A stretch of 64,000 nucleotides of DNA, taken from the human T2T-CHM13v2.0 reference genome, Homo sapiens. Made by a program: the position numbers and the translations under genes. This document shows positions 1-15,512 of the stretch, in pieces. Location: the NCBI RefSeq assembly GCF_009914755.1, contig NC_060926.1. The stretch is one strand, 5' to 3'. The notes beneath the pieces were generated by a model. It worked only from the letters and a program-made list of their open reading frames with translations, was not told the origin of the DNA and did not search any database. The stretch's first letter is position 1. Every line of letters begins with the position of its first letter.

Positions 1-544
1 GAGTGACTGGGCATCATTACAAGTAGTTCATACCAACTCTTAGTAGAACAACATCTGCTAAGTCTGTTATTGTTTTGGGGGGCTTACTTAAAATACTTTT
101 CCACATGCTAAGAAAATCCTGATGGTGGACATCTGTTAAGATTACTGCCCTCTTAAAGGCTTGTTTGAGATGTTAACAAACTTACAAAACACATTTCTGA
201 ACAAAGACTTGGTTAGGGTTCATGCCATTAGACATACTCTGTTTGCAATTACAATAGTCTCATCTTTCATATTTTTTAAATGTAAAGTTCTTTGCTTGCA
301 TTCCACCTTCTTTCTACTGGAAAGTGTCCATCAAGTCCTCTGGCCCTGAACTAATCACTTCAGTTCAGGTACCAAAATAAGTTTAATAAATATTCCTGGA
401 AACACCCTCAAGGACTTGGCCAGCCCAGGCATCTACTAAAACACCCAAGTCACATGTGGAACCAGATGTCAAGTATGCAGATAAGGACATAGAAGTCACA
501 AAAGTGATAACCAGAGACCTAAGAGTGGGGTAGATTTAAGTGAG

Positions 545-752
545 AGAAACCTGGAGTTCGATGCCTCTTTGTCATTTACCACCTATATGACCTTAGAGAG
601 GTTCTATAGCTTCTCTGAAGTTCCCGTGCTCTCATCTGTAAGATGGGATAACACTTCTCTCATAGGTTGATATGAAGAATAGATGATATCATAGAGGAAA
701 AGCACTTAATACAGGACATGATGCATTAGTGCTTAGTAAATGGAGTTATTAT
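545..752 (+). mobile_element. MIR SINE
   Basis: Core ctcatctgtaagatgggata and 3' end agcacttaatacaggacatg...gcttagtaaatgg. Confidence 0.7.
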
Positions 753-874
753 TCACTACTCTGTTCTGTGGAGAATTCATTTACCAACTAAATTCCTCTT
801 AATGCCTTTTAAACTCTTCTCATTTATACTGTGCCTCATCAGAGAACAGCTGATCAAAATTATCCATATAGTAG

Positions 875-1287
<413 letters not shown>

Positions 1288-1734
1288 TGAGTGCTTAATC
1301 ATAGTTGTCATTGTCTCAACATTTCCATTTTTATATGTCCCTTTAAAAGTGAGAAACAAAAAGTGGAATACAGTACTCTCACAGAGTCCGTCCTTACAGC
1401 TATAAAGTGTGTTTAGTAGAAATATTAGATTAGTCACAAATGTAATACAGCCAGGTCTGAATTGATGCTTCCATGAGCCTCTGATTCCATGTGAATACCC
1501 AGATTTTCTTCCACTGGTGTACTTAACTCGTCTTTCTGATCTCCTTTTATTTTCTTGTCCTATTGTACTCACTTAAATTTTCTCCATATTGAATTACACC
1601 CTGATTTTGTTTAACTGAAGGACTGACACTCTTGAGATGGCTCAAAGTTGAATCTATAAAATGAGTTGAGAGCTAACAACAGGTCTAGAAAATGCTTTGC
1701 TAGAAAAAAAAGATTTAGCTAGAAAACAGAACAA

Positions 1735-2034
1735 GTCCGGGCGTGATGGCTCACGCCTGTAAACCCAGCACTTTGGGAGGCCAAGGCAGCAGATCACTTG
1801 AGCCTAGGAGTTCGAGACCAGCCTGGACAACATGGTGAAACTCCTTCCCTACTAAAAATACAAAAAAAAAAAAAAATTAGCCAGGCATGTTGGTGCACAT
1901 CTGTGGTTCCAGCTACTCAGGAGGCTGAGCTGGGAGGATCACCTGAGCCTGGGAAGTTGAGGCTGCAGTGAGCCGTGATCACGCCACCACACAGACAACA
2001 GAGCAAGACCCTGTCTCAGGAAAAAAAAAAAAAA
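1735..2034 (+). mobile_element. Alu (AluJ-type), sense
   Basis: gtccgggcgtgatggctcacgcc...gaggctgcagtgagccgtgatc, A tail, small right-arm deletion. Confidence 0.93.
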
Positions 2035-2329
2035 GAAGAAGAAAGTAAGAAAACAAAACTGGAGCCTCTCCTTAATTTAATATTTATGTTCTTCTGGGTT
2101 TTCAGAACTATGAATGATTTTTTTTTAGTCCCACCAGGTTACTTTGTTGTGACATATGGTATCTTTAAGATGATAAAAAGTGAGATGACAAGGTGATTAA
2201 TTTTATGTATAAAAGCTTTGAAGACGATTTTAATCACTTATTCTACTATTTCAGTATATTGGTAGGGATTAGACTTTTAAAAATTCTACTTCATCTTTCT
2301 GTGAAAGAATTCCTAATGAAAAAGGACAT

Positions 2330-2540
2330 AGACTTTGGAACCAGAAAGACCTGGGTTTAAGCCCACCTCTACAACTTACTTGCTGGGTTATCTTGGATAA
2401 GATACTTAGACTCTTAGAATGTCAGTTTTCTCATCTGTAAATGGGGCTAATTAGGTCTACACGGCAGGGTTGTTGTGAGGTTTAGAGATCACAAAATGCC
2501 CAGTAGAGTGTCTGGCAAAAGTGGGAGCTCAATAAATAAC
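2330..2540 (+). mobile_element. MIR SINE
   Basis: gacctgggtttaagccc...cagttttctcatctgtaaatgggg...gggttgttgtgagg...gctcaataaat. Confidence 0.8.
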
Positions 2541-3086
2541 AGTGAGTTGTTTCATGGTAATGGCTCTGCTGGCAGGCCACCAGGAAACATAATCTAGTAT
2601 TACAGAGTGCCCCAGATTCTTGAGGTCCCTGGCATTCCTCTACTTTGGAAGGACTTATCGTTGGTACCCTAGTCGTGTGTTCAGAATGGGAAACTCAAGT
2701 CCTTAGACATAGTTAGGCATACAGTTAGTGTTTGTTGAATTGGATTGAAGGCAGCACACATTGCTTTAGGATTTCTCTTAGCTTGGAGTCTGCAGGCTGC
2801 TTGTTTCTACATCCTGGATGTTCCCCTTTCCATGCTTCAACTTCCAACGGCTCCTGAATCATACTGTGGAGGAGGCAGCCAGGTCAACTTCCTCTCCCTC
2901 AGAACCCAATTCAGGGGCAAAAGCAGGATGCTAAGGCTGACCCAAATGTCTCTGACAACGCCTTGTCATGACCCTTGGACAGAGAAGACTTTTAGAGTAA
3001 AGTCTCTCTTGGAGTGCTTGGTGCTATTTTTGTGTTAATGTAACTCTAATTGGTACTCTAACCATTCTAATGCTTTGAGAGAGATG

Positions 3087-3087
<1 letters not shown>

Positions 3088-3123
<36 letters not shown>

Positions 3124-3401
3124 GACAGAGTCCCAATCAGTCACCCAGGCTAGAGTGCAGTGGTATAAGCATGGCACATTGTAACCTCCAACTCCTGGCC
3201 TCAACTGATCCTCTTGCCTCAGGCTCCTGAGTAGCTGGGACTATAGGCACATACGATCATGCCTGGCTAATTTTTAATTTTTTTAGAGATGGGATCTCGC
3301 TATGTTGCCCAGGCTGGTCTCAAACTCCTGGCCCGGAGCAGTCATCCTGCCTCAGCCTCCCAAAGTGCTAGGATTACAGGCCCAAGCCACTGTGCCTGGT
3401 C
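3088..3401 (-). mobile_element. Alu (AluJ-type), antisense
   Basis: Long poly-T and a diverged Alu body with J-like tcgctatgttgcccaggctggtc. Confidence 0.92.
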
Positions 3402-3735
3402 AGGTGTCTTTGAGAGTGGTGCTATCCCACTGAACTGGTGAGAAAGTTGAGTAGAACCAAAGAAAGAAAACTTGATAGAAGCAAGAATTATGATTGCGAA
3501 TCACTAGCCCTTCTGATTTTCTCCAGTCTAAATTATGTTTTGCTCATTTTACTTGACCAGTAAGGTAAAACCCCACGTGGGAGGAAGGGGAGTTGCTGTT
3601 TCATAATGGGTCAGAATCAAAACCCCATTGTCCCAAGCCAAGCTTTCAGACAGGCTGACTCCCTGCATTTTTCTAAGTCAAAATAAAAACAATTCCTTTA
3701 TGCCGTCACGTTGCAGCCAAGTTAAGTCTTCAATA

Positions 3736-4085
3736 CAGTCATGCATTGCTTAATGGCCAGGACACGTTCTGAGAAATGTGTCATTAAGCAGTATTGTCGT
3801 TGTGCAAACATCATAGAATGTACCAACCCAAACCTAGGTAGATAGTAGAGCCTACTACACGCCTAGGCTATCTGGTGAGCTTATTGCTTCTAGGCTACAA
3901 ACATACACAGCATGTTACTATACTGAATACTACAGGCAATTGTAACACAATGGTAAGTATTTGTGTGTCTAAACATATCTAAACATAGGAAAAGGACAGT
4001 AAACATACGGTATTGTAATCTTATGGGACCACTGTCATATATGGGGTCCATCATTAACTGAAATGTTGCATGTGGCTCATGACTG
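3736..4085 (-). mobile_element. Tigger3a-like non-autonomous DNA transposon (TcMar-Tigger), full length ~350 bp
   Basis: Terminal inverted repeats cagtcatg...catgactg with TA on the left flank. Internal ttctgagaaatg, cctaggcta and aatcttatgggaccac match the Tigger3a consensus as I recall it. Confidence 0.88.
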
Positions 4086-5389
4086 CATGAGAGATGTGAT
4101 AATTTGCAGACAGACCGAAGTTCACAAAGGGCTCTATTAGTTTCATTTGCATGGAAAAGACTAGTATTAATACATTCAGTATAGACAGTTCTTACATTTG
4201 AGTTTTAGAGCCAACAAGACTGACCTGGAAATGCTTTTCTGGTTTCATTTTCATCTATTTAATTACCCCTACCACTGGAAAAGATTTTAAAACTCTGGCC
4301 TCATCCTTCTAATTTATATCCACAGATTAAGTTTCAGTTCTAAGAATGATCAACTAATTTCATGTTTTATTTTATTCCATGAAGAGAGAGAAGGTACCTT
4401 CTCATCAGAACAGCCCTATCACCCTTTTCTCCTCCCAGGTTAAGCCTGAGCCCTTGCCACACGGATTTCCTTCTCACCCGCTTCCTCCCCGCACCACTCT
4501 GGGGATCAGAAGTATCAGTGCCAAGTGGTCCCTTTCATCTCCTCATAATTCTTCCCCAGCCACTTAGTGGGTTAGTCAGGCCCTGCCTTCTCTTCAGCCA
4601 GCCCTGCAGTCCCGGGAATGTCTTGAGTGAGCCCTGGAATCTCTGCACAGGGTGAGTTTCCTGTTGTACATGCTCAGCCCAATATTTTTTGATTCATGAA
4701 TATTAAAGAATTAGAGATCACAAGGCCTTACCACCATCTTGCACCCTCTGAAAACATAATGACTCTTTTATTTCATGGCACTTTACTTAGTTTATTCAGC
4801 ATGATCAGGGCAGCATTCAGGCTATAGCAAGCTTGTTAAATATTTACCCATGAGGCTGATATTTATACATGAATCAGCAGCACTTATCAGTGTGTGACAC
4901 TGGATGTAGATTTTGGACGCTTACAAGCTAAGAAACTACTGGGTTAAATAAAGGGTGAAATGACGTCCTTTAAAAAATAAACTCTCAGTTAAAACTATCT
5001 TTCGTAGTGCCTAAAGTGCTTTGCACCTGTTGAGGCTCACCCCAGACAGCCAACCAAGTCATTCAGAATCAGACCTGCCAGAGTGTCTGGTCCATCACAT
5101 TTGAGATCAAATGAATCTGATTGTTTGGTGGTTGGGGTGGGAGAGTACTGAGGTATGAACAAAATTAAGAGGAGTTCCTGCTTGCTGCTGTGTGGGAAAT
5201 TGTAAACGGAGATGAGCCGTACATCACAGTGTCTACTTTGGTGACGGTCTGAAGCCTCTAGGAGCCCCTCATCATGTTGGGATGCTGGCCTGGCTCCCTG
5301 ATAGCCAGACCTACTGTTTCTTCCCATCCCTGTAGTCTTCCATGATTAAAATCCCCCTCCTCTCAGGGAGGTAACATATTTCAGCAGAA

Positions 5390-5585
5390 ACAGCCTGAAC
5401 TCCGGTGACAGGCAAACCTGTGTTCAGATCTTGGTTTTACCTATGTCTAGTTGTGTGAACCTAGGCAGTATTTTCTGTTCTCTGAGCCTCGTTTTTTTCA
5501 CATGTAAAATTACAGCGATACTTCCCACCTCTTTGAACTATGGAGAGCATTTAATTAGATAATGTGATAAAGCACCTAGCAACAT
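5390..5585 (+). mobile_element. MIR SINE
   Basis: acctgtgttcagatcttgg...tctctgagcctcgttttt...tgtaaaat...aaagcacctagc. Confidence 0.7.
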
Positions 5586-6469
5586 GTGTTAGTTCTTGGT
5601 AGTGACCGAAGCAGGGTGCGGAAACATGGGCCTGGCAGCAGAACACCTGGCCTTTGGATCTCTTCACACCTCTGCTTTTCTCCATCATTACAGGTAATTT
5701 TTGTCTAACGGCTGTATTTCGGAATGACACAATCCAAGCAGAGAGAGGGAGAGGGTTTCAAGTTTAAAGGATTACTCAGACTGTTTTCCTTCCATGTATA
5801 TAATTTAATGACTGATTAAAGACTTCTCTTGTAATATTTTATATAAGTCAAAGCCTATTACTGTCAACTCCAGGGAAGCATCCAGCTTATTTTCTTTTTC
5901 AGAATTTTATTATGCCAAGGATTGTTTCTCTAAGTGAGCGATGAGTAGCTTGGATCTTGCCATTCTGTATGTTATACAGATATTCAACCTGTACCTACAG
6001 GACATAAATATTGTATTTATTTTTCTTGCACTGTGGATTATTTTTTTCTTAATCAGCTTTCTATCCTTATGAAATCATTAGAACCTTCTGGTTAGATGTG
6101 TGCCTTCTGTGTTATTTGTGCATACACAAAGAGGAGACAAAAAGCCTTCCTCTTGTTTATAGGAAGTCACAGGAATTTTCCTAGCCATCTTTAGAGTTTA
6201 GGCTAAATCTAATCCAATGCCTACTCTAAGCGTAGCAAAAGGAAATGATGGCCTTGCTGATTCTGTGCAGTTGCAGAATGCAGATGATTCATTAATGTCA
6301 TACTTAGTCAAACACTGTCTTATAATTTTCTCAGCTGTCAGAGTTGTGCTTTTAGGTAACATCTGAGTAGAAAAAGTCAATACTGAATATTTCCACTCCA
6401 CATTGACTTCCTTGTGTCACTCGAGATTTTGTTCATTTAGACTTTTTATTTGCATGAGCAAACACAAAA

Positions 6470-6771
6470 TTTATTTATTTATTTATTTTGAGATGGAGTC
6501 TCACTTTTATCGCCCGGGCTGGAGTGCAGTGGCACGATCTCTGCTCACTGCAACCTCTACCTCCTTGGGTGCAAGCAATTTTCCTGCCTCAGCCTCCCAA
6601 GTAGCTGGGATTACAGGCGCATGCCACCACGCCCAGCTAATTTTTCTATTTTTAGTAGAGACAGGGTTTCACCATGTTGGCCAGAATGGTCTCGATCTCT
6701 TGACCTTGTGATCCGCCCCCCTCAGCCTCCCAAAGTGCTGGGATTACAGGTGTGAGCCACCACGCCCAGCC
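6470..6771 (-). mobile_element. Alu (AluS), antisense
   Basis: Full Alu with (TTTA)n tail; TSD cacaaaatttattt on both sides. Confidence 0.95.
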
Positions 6772-6939
6772 CCACAAAATTTATTTTTACCAGGAAAATT
6801 AATTTCAGAAACCTGTAGTCAATAGGGAGACAGGATGGGTTTGGAGTCCTTTTAGTAGTGTTTTATACATATATATGCACATTCACATACATACTCCCTG
6901 TATCACAAACCCTAGACTGAGTCAAAGTGCCCTAAACTC

Positions 6940-7260
<321 letters not shown>

Positions 7261-7603
7261 TGAACTCTTTAGAAATGATTTTCTAGGCAGTTATTGTCAC
7301 ACCTTTTTCTTCCACTTACAACCTTGTAACTGCAGGGTCTTGGATAATAATCCAACATTATAAATAAATAATCACAACATTAAGAAGTAATCACAACATT
7401 AAGGGATTTTAGGGATTTTTAAAAATATCCCATCATATTACAGAGAGGGTTTAGGGGGCTTATAGAAGTATATGCATTAAAATGAAATTAAGAAAAACAA
7501 ACTAAGGCAAAAGGAAAGTGAGCATAGGAAAGAAGATGAAGTCAAGATGAAGGGTGATAAATGAAATGTACGCCTTAAAGTTCTGAACAATTTCTTTTAA
7601 TAA

Positions 7604-7993
<390 letters not shown>

Positions 7994-8498
7994 TTATTTC
8001 AGAATCAACATTGTGTCTTAGTGCTTGGATCAGTGATTATTGACTGCAGCTTCTTGTATACCTTTTGAAATACAAGATAATGGCCGATAACCTGTAGAAC
8101 TAGAGTGTTGCAGCAATTCATTTTAGTTCAGTTTCAATGTTTAATGAATAACTTATCTGTGCCCAGCAAAGAATTGGGCATAATGAAGAGTATAAAAGTA
8201 TGTTTCAGTAATACTTACAGCCCATTAATGTTGGTAAGACATTTACCCATGCCAATCAAAATTTTCTAATTTGTACTGTTGTGTGTTATCAATGATGTAT
8301 AATGCAAACATGCTAATTTATTTAAATGAATTAAAATACAGAAATGTAATCATAAAGTGAAGCCCATATACCCATCATCATTAACCTAGGCAGTTGGTGG
8401 CCAGACTTTGATGAGAGAAGCCAAGTCTGCTTGGGGGTGTCACTTCTTAAGTTGCTTGAGCCCTAAGAGAAGTGTCCATTGTACTCTTGTCCTTTCAG

Positions 8499-8598
8499 TG
8501 CACTTGGAGGCTCCTCAGCTCTTCATATCCCAGCTTTTCCAGGAGGAGGATGTCTCATTGATTACGTTCCTCAAGTATGCCACCTGCTCACCAACAAG
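8499..8598 (+). CDS. BABAM2: BABAM2 (BRE/BRCC45) internal coding exon, 100 nt (probably exon 8)
   Basis: Acceptor cttgtcctttcag|T, donor AAG|gtaaaa. One overhang base plus 33 codons encode [33 protein letters not shown], which I recognise as BRE protein. Joins the next exon in frame. Confidence 0.97.
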
Positions 8599-9147
8599 GT
8601 AAAAGCAAGTCCCCAACTCATCCCTCTTATGAGATTTCTTCCTCCAGTCCACCACGTACCCAAAATCATCGTGCATGCTCCATCCTTCTCGGACCGACTG
8701 CTCAGTTTCAGCCTCCATCTGACACCTGCCCTTCCTACTGTGAATTACAGTTAATCTGTTTCTCTCCCCATTTCTTTGCCCTCCTTCTTCCTTTTCTAAG
8801 GATTCTGACCTCCTTTTCCAGTCTTATCTTCATCTCTTAACTTTATGTCTGGGATTTAAGTCACGTCTTTCTTGAATTTCCTTTACCCAGTTTTTGCCAG
8901 ATCTTGCACCTTCTTAAACTTTAAAACTTTGGAACCCCATTGCTTCCCAATTATCCAGTGCATGCACACGTGTGTGCATGTGTTTGGCAGTAGTTGGTAT
9001 CCGCGTAATTGTTTAAAACTACCTTCATCCCTCTCTGCGTTTCTGTACCTTACTTTTTAATAGTCAGCCTTTGATTCTTCCCGTCATATCTGGGAGCAGT
9101 TCACCAGAGTCCTGTGCCTAGGGGTAAGATTCCCAAGTCAGCTGGTC

Positions 9148-9446
9148 TTTTTATTTTTATTTTTTTTGAGACAGAGTCTCACTCTGTCGCCTGGGCTGGA
9201 ATGTAGTGGCGCGATCTCGGCTGACCGCAACCTCCTCCCGGGTTCAAGCGATTCTCCTGCCTCAGCCTCCTGAGTAGCTGGGATTACAGACACCCACCAC
9301 CAGGCCTGGCTAATTTTTATATTTTTAGTAGAGATGAGGGTTCACCATGTTGGCCAGGCTAGTCTCAAACTCCTGACTTCAGATGATCTGCCTACCTCAG
9401 CCTCCCAAAGTGCTAGGATTACAGGCGTGAGCCACCGCGCCCAGCC
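9148..9446 (-). mobile_element. Alu (AluS), antisense
   Basis: Full dimer; TSD agtcagctggtctt. Confidence 0.95.
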
Positions 9447-11391
9447 AGTCAGCTGGTCTTATACTCAGTCAGATGATCTAAAGCTTCTCTTAGCTACATC
9501 AATGAGCCATTTCATTAGCAAGTAGCTGAGTCTAACGGTTATTGTTAGATATTTCCAAAAAGTGTAAGAATATACTTGTTAATGTCCAGCTAGTATATTT
9601 AGCTGAAAACTAGTGATACTGATGCACAAACAATGCTGACTCTCTTTCTTCTCCCACATGGACTGTGACTCAGTTTGTTTAGTTGCCAGAGTGCAATTTC
9701 TTTGCTCCTGTTGACTTGTTCACATTGGCTTGGAAAAATAGATCTTTTGTTTGTCTCTTTCACTCAAAAGATAGCTCACTTCTATATAGAAAATAGTTTA
9801 AAAGTACAATAATATTTCAAGAGCTTCAGTATTATTTTTCAAATGTCAGAGAAACTAAAATCTAGCAACTCCACCGTCTGTGGGCCTGGCACAGATTCCA
9901 GGCTTTAACCCTCATGCAGGGGTTGCTTCTCATCAGACCAAATCTCCCCAGCCTCTGCCCTCCTGCAAAACTGATCGGAGGACAGAATTCTTATTTACAT
10001 TCTGGGGCTTTGCACTGCCTTCAAATCTGTGTCCCAGAATTATAGAGAAACATGCAAATTTGGTCTTCTAGAACGGAGAAGAAAAGCCTTTTTAAAGCTC
10101 TCCAATTGAGATTAATTTCTAGTCATACATTTTCCTCAAAAAAAAAATTATAACACCGTTTTCCCAGAAATATAAGAATCAGTCAATTTTTCTTATCTGG
10201 TTTCCTTTCATTAATTTTACTTGTCTTTTGAAATTGGTGTTCTTCTGTTTGCTACAAATGAGGACAGTATGGGCTGCTTTTAGAAACAATCTCTTCAAAT
10301 GAATTTCCATAATTATATTGGAATCTATCTTTATAGCCAGTTTTGTTGTGGGTTTCTGTTAAAATGGTTTTCTGTTTTTAAAATCAAGTATACAGAACTG
10401 TTTTCATCCCCTTTTTAAACAAAGCCACTTAAGCAAACTTATCATCTGTTTTTCTTTTCTCAAAATAACATTTCTGATCCCGCATTAAGCCTGCAAAGTA
10501 AGCACTGTTTTTATAAATTGACATAAACCCCTATTATATAAATAGAATTGTTTTACATTTAAAGGGTTCAACATGGCTATCAGTACCAATTGTGTCAAGG
10601 TTATTTCAAGCACTTTATCTTGAGCTTTTGTTAGCCATGGAAACTCAGTGTGGCTATAGCCAATATAAACAATTTTGGGGGTCTCTCCTTCCCACTGTTT
10701 CTTCCAGCCATCATGAGAACATTATAAGGAATGTGTTTTCGTGTTAGAAGCTGGTGGGTAAATGACTAACTTTCAGATGCCTAGCTTAATGAGTTTGCAA
10801 TTTTTTTATAGAAACTGTCATTGGGTGATAATGAGGAAATATAAAAAGGCAAAGCAAAATAAAATCTCCTATTGTAATACTCCTTATTCTGAATATCAGA
10901 ATTTTAAAATGAGAGAAGTATTATTCTGCCTTTTTTAATAGGAGCTCAAGATAACCAAATAACCCCATTTGATGAGAGAAAGCTCTTTACAGAGTATGTC
11001 AGCTGATGTATGCAAAAGGAATGATGGGATTCAAAAATCATCATTTTGCAGTCCCTAATGAAATCATTGATTCAGACAAGGATCTCCAGTAAATACTAAA
11101 ACCATTAGGTGAAAGGTTGATGGGAAACTAGGTTTTCCGCTGCTTCAGAGGGTATGTCCATAGACTATTCACTGTGGCAGAGGGAGCATTCCCTTCCATT
11201 GGAGGGGTCTGGCTGTTGTCACCTTAGCCAAGTGATCAGGCCCAGTATCATCTAGGAAGTTTTCTTGCCAAAAATGTTCAACCTGGACCTAATCACCCTT
11301 TAGCTCTAATTTCTAATTTATTGGAAATACAGAGAGTAAAGGAAAAAGAAAGAAAACAGAATTGAGACGTTCTACAAGACTACTAGCACAA

Positions 11392-11720
11392 TTTGTTTTC
11401 TTTTTTCTTTTTTTTTTTTTAAGAGATAAGATCTTGCTCTTTTAAAGAGATGAGGTCGCCCAGGCTGGGGTGCAGTGATGCCTTCTAAGCTCAATGCAGC
11501 CTTGAACTCCTGGGCTCAAGCATTCCTCCTGCCTCAGGCTCCCGAGTAGCTAGGGCTATAGGTGCATATCACCATACCCAGCTAATATTTCTTTTATTTT
11601 TTGTAGAGATGAGGTCTGGCTGTGTTGCTGAGGCTGGTCTTGAATTCCTGGCCTGAAGTAATCCTCCTGCCTCAGACTCCCAAAATACTGGGATTATATG
11701 AGTGAGATTCCACATCTGGA
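11392..11720 (-). mobile_element. Alu (AluJ), antisense
   Basis: Diverged Alu dimer with poly-T. Confidence 0.9.
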
Positions 11721-11885
11721 CATAGCCCAATTTATTTGAAAAATTAGTGTCATATATGTGCATGCAGGCACACACACATACACACACTCAAGGAGGCACT
11801 ATTTATTATAGATTTAGAAACTTAAAAGGCATTAAAAACAAATGGCTGATCCTTAATCATACATTGTTTTTTAAAAAACATTTTG

Positions 11886-12192
<307 letters not shown>

Positions 12193-12619
12193 CCATTTAT
12201 TTTAATTCTTTTGAATTAAAAAATAAAAATAAACATTTAGGGGACAATTAGGAAATTTTGAAAATGGACAGGGTACTAGATGAATTCAGAGACCAATTGC
12301 TAAATTTGTTGGGTACAATAATGGTATTGTGGTTATGTAGAAGAAAGTTTTATTTTTTAGAGATGCATACTGAAATATTTAAGAGTGAACTGTCATGATG
12401 TCTCTCATTTCCTTTGAAGTGTTGATTGATAGGTTGATAGATAGATGGATGGCTGGAGGAAGCAAGTAGGCACAATAGTCACAGTTGTTGAATGTAGGTA
12501 GTGGGAATACCGGTGTTCACTTTACTATTCTTTCTGCTTCTCTGAATCTTTGAAATTTCTTATAATAAAGCATTTAAAAGATTCCCACTCTACTTCTCAG
12601 CTTTGGGTTTCTATTCCAG

Positions 12620-12690
12620 GTGCAGTACGTGATTCAAGGGTATCACAAAAGAAGAGAGTATATTGCTGCTTTTCTCAGTCACTTTGGCAC
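12620..12690 (+). CDS. BABAM2: BABAM2 internal coding exon, 71 nt (probably exon 9)
   Basis: Acceptor tttctattccag|G, donor CAC|gtaagt. Encodes [23 protein letters not shown] plus AC; phase 0 in, phase 2 out. Confidence 0.97.
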
Positions 12691-12799
12691 GTAAGTTCTG
12701 CCCTGTTTGAACGATATACCGGTGATGCCCTCGCTTGCTGATGACCTCAACATGGGGGCTTGATTAAGAAAATAGCACTTAGTTCTTACACATGATACC

Positions 12800-13291
<492 letters not shown>

Positions 13292-14548
13292 CTACAATTT
13301 GCATAGCACTTTTCACCTCCATGCCCTCACAGTAGCCATGGGGTGAACCAGGCAGGCATCACCGGCACATTTTGTTGAAGAAGCTCTGAAATTGCGGTAA
13401 GTTCAGTAACCCAATGGAAGTCGCGCCCCTAGAAGAAGTGGAGCCAGGGCAGGAACCCCATTTCCCCAGCACTCAGGTCTCCTGCTAGGACTCCACTGCC
13501 AACAGTGCCACACAGATCCGGGCAGGAAATCCAGCATTCGATGCAAAAGCGGTGGCTCGCACTTGAGGTTAGGAGTTGAAAGCAAGCACCGATAGGGGAG
13601 AGGGAAGCCTGTGACACCATGGGCGCCTCTGGCTGCTCCATCCCTGTGCCTTTGCCCTTTCCTTCTGGCTGCCTGTGGCTGTGCTGCCCTGCAGCCCTGT
13701 TTCCTTAAGTAAGTCAGAGGCCTGATCAAGCTTCTTCTCAGGCTTTGCTCAGTGAGACAGGGAATGCATTTTCCTCACGATCTTTAGAAGATAGAACATT
13801 CTACCCATTGTCGTTAACGAGGCACTAAGGATTTTAGAGGTCTGATGATAGCCCACCTTATTCCACAGAAGGCTTATAAATATATAAATATATCTAGTAA
13901 TACAAAATTAAAATTTTAAATAAGGAAATTAGGAATAGGGAGAGAAGATGAAACCAAGAAAATGATTTGTCACCCTCTGGGATATAATTTTCAAACCATG
14001 GCACAATTATAAGAAAATTTCTGACTCCTCAAACCAATTTTAAGACATTTTTCTCATTCCCATAATGGAATTTTTCATTTCTCCGAAATAGAAGTGTCAA
14101 TAACCAAACAGTATGACTGCCTCTCACATGAGTCTTTAATACTTAAGATTTTTTTCAGCTTTGTGAACATTTTGAGAAAGTACTTTTGATACAAATAGTG
14201 GTTAATAAATAATACCATTGATCTTCTTATTTTTAAGTAAGATTATCTTTAGTATATATAATTAAACATGAAGAAGCTAGCACAGTGGCCTCCAAAATGT
14301 AGTACACACACCCCAGAAGTTACACAGCTCACTCTATTGAAGTATAAGAAATATATGAAAATTACATTGACATTTGCTTTCAAGTCTCACTTTTTTAATG
14401 TACTTTTTTGTGTACATTTTATTATGCATGTAGTACAGTAGTATACTAAAAAGGACTATATACTTGTCTTTGCCTGTGGGATGCAGGATCTGAAAAGTAT
14501 TGATATCAGCACTATAACATTATTGGGCTAATTATAAATTCATAGAGA

Positions 14549-15053
<505 letters not shown>

Positions 15054-15512
15054 TTAAGATCTGAATGATATACCAACCATTTTTTAGCAGATCACTTACC
15101 CTTCAGTATCTTAGTTCTTTTACCTTTATAAGGGGTATAACTGTTCCTTCCAACTTAAACTGGGCGGGCATCAATATCAGTGGTCTGATTGGCCTGGTTT
15201 GGTCAGGGATAAGGCATCTCTAAGGACATCAGAGTCCTCCTTGTATGGATGAGAAAGAAAATTATATCTGTCCTTAGTGTGGTTAGTATTGTCACATTAT
15301 GGCGACATCCTCCAGGCGCTCAGCTCTTGAGGGAAATGGATGAGTTGAGGCTACAGAATTGCGCCTTGGCCCATTCAGAGGTCAGGGGATGTTTTCTTTT
15401 GACACATGAAATATGCATCTCCCTTCCTGAACCCAGCATCCACCCATCTAGTGTTGCTACTTTGCCTTAAGCCCAGTGGGAAGGACAGGGGAACACAGTG
15501 AAAGGGGACACA

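Noticed and set aside
7347-7420. Short tandem copies of taatcacaacattaag and agggatttt
   Set aside because: Ordinary slippage duplications; not a repeat-spacer array.
8408-8840. Overlapping ORFs around the first exon
   Set aside because: Only 8499-8598, in the frame of the 8479 ORF, is real coding sequence. The rest is intronic read-through or alternative frames.
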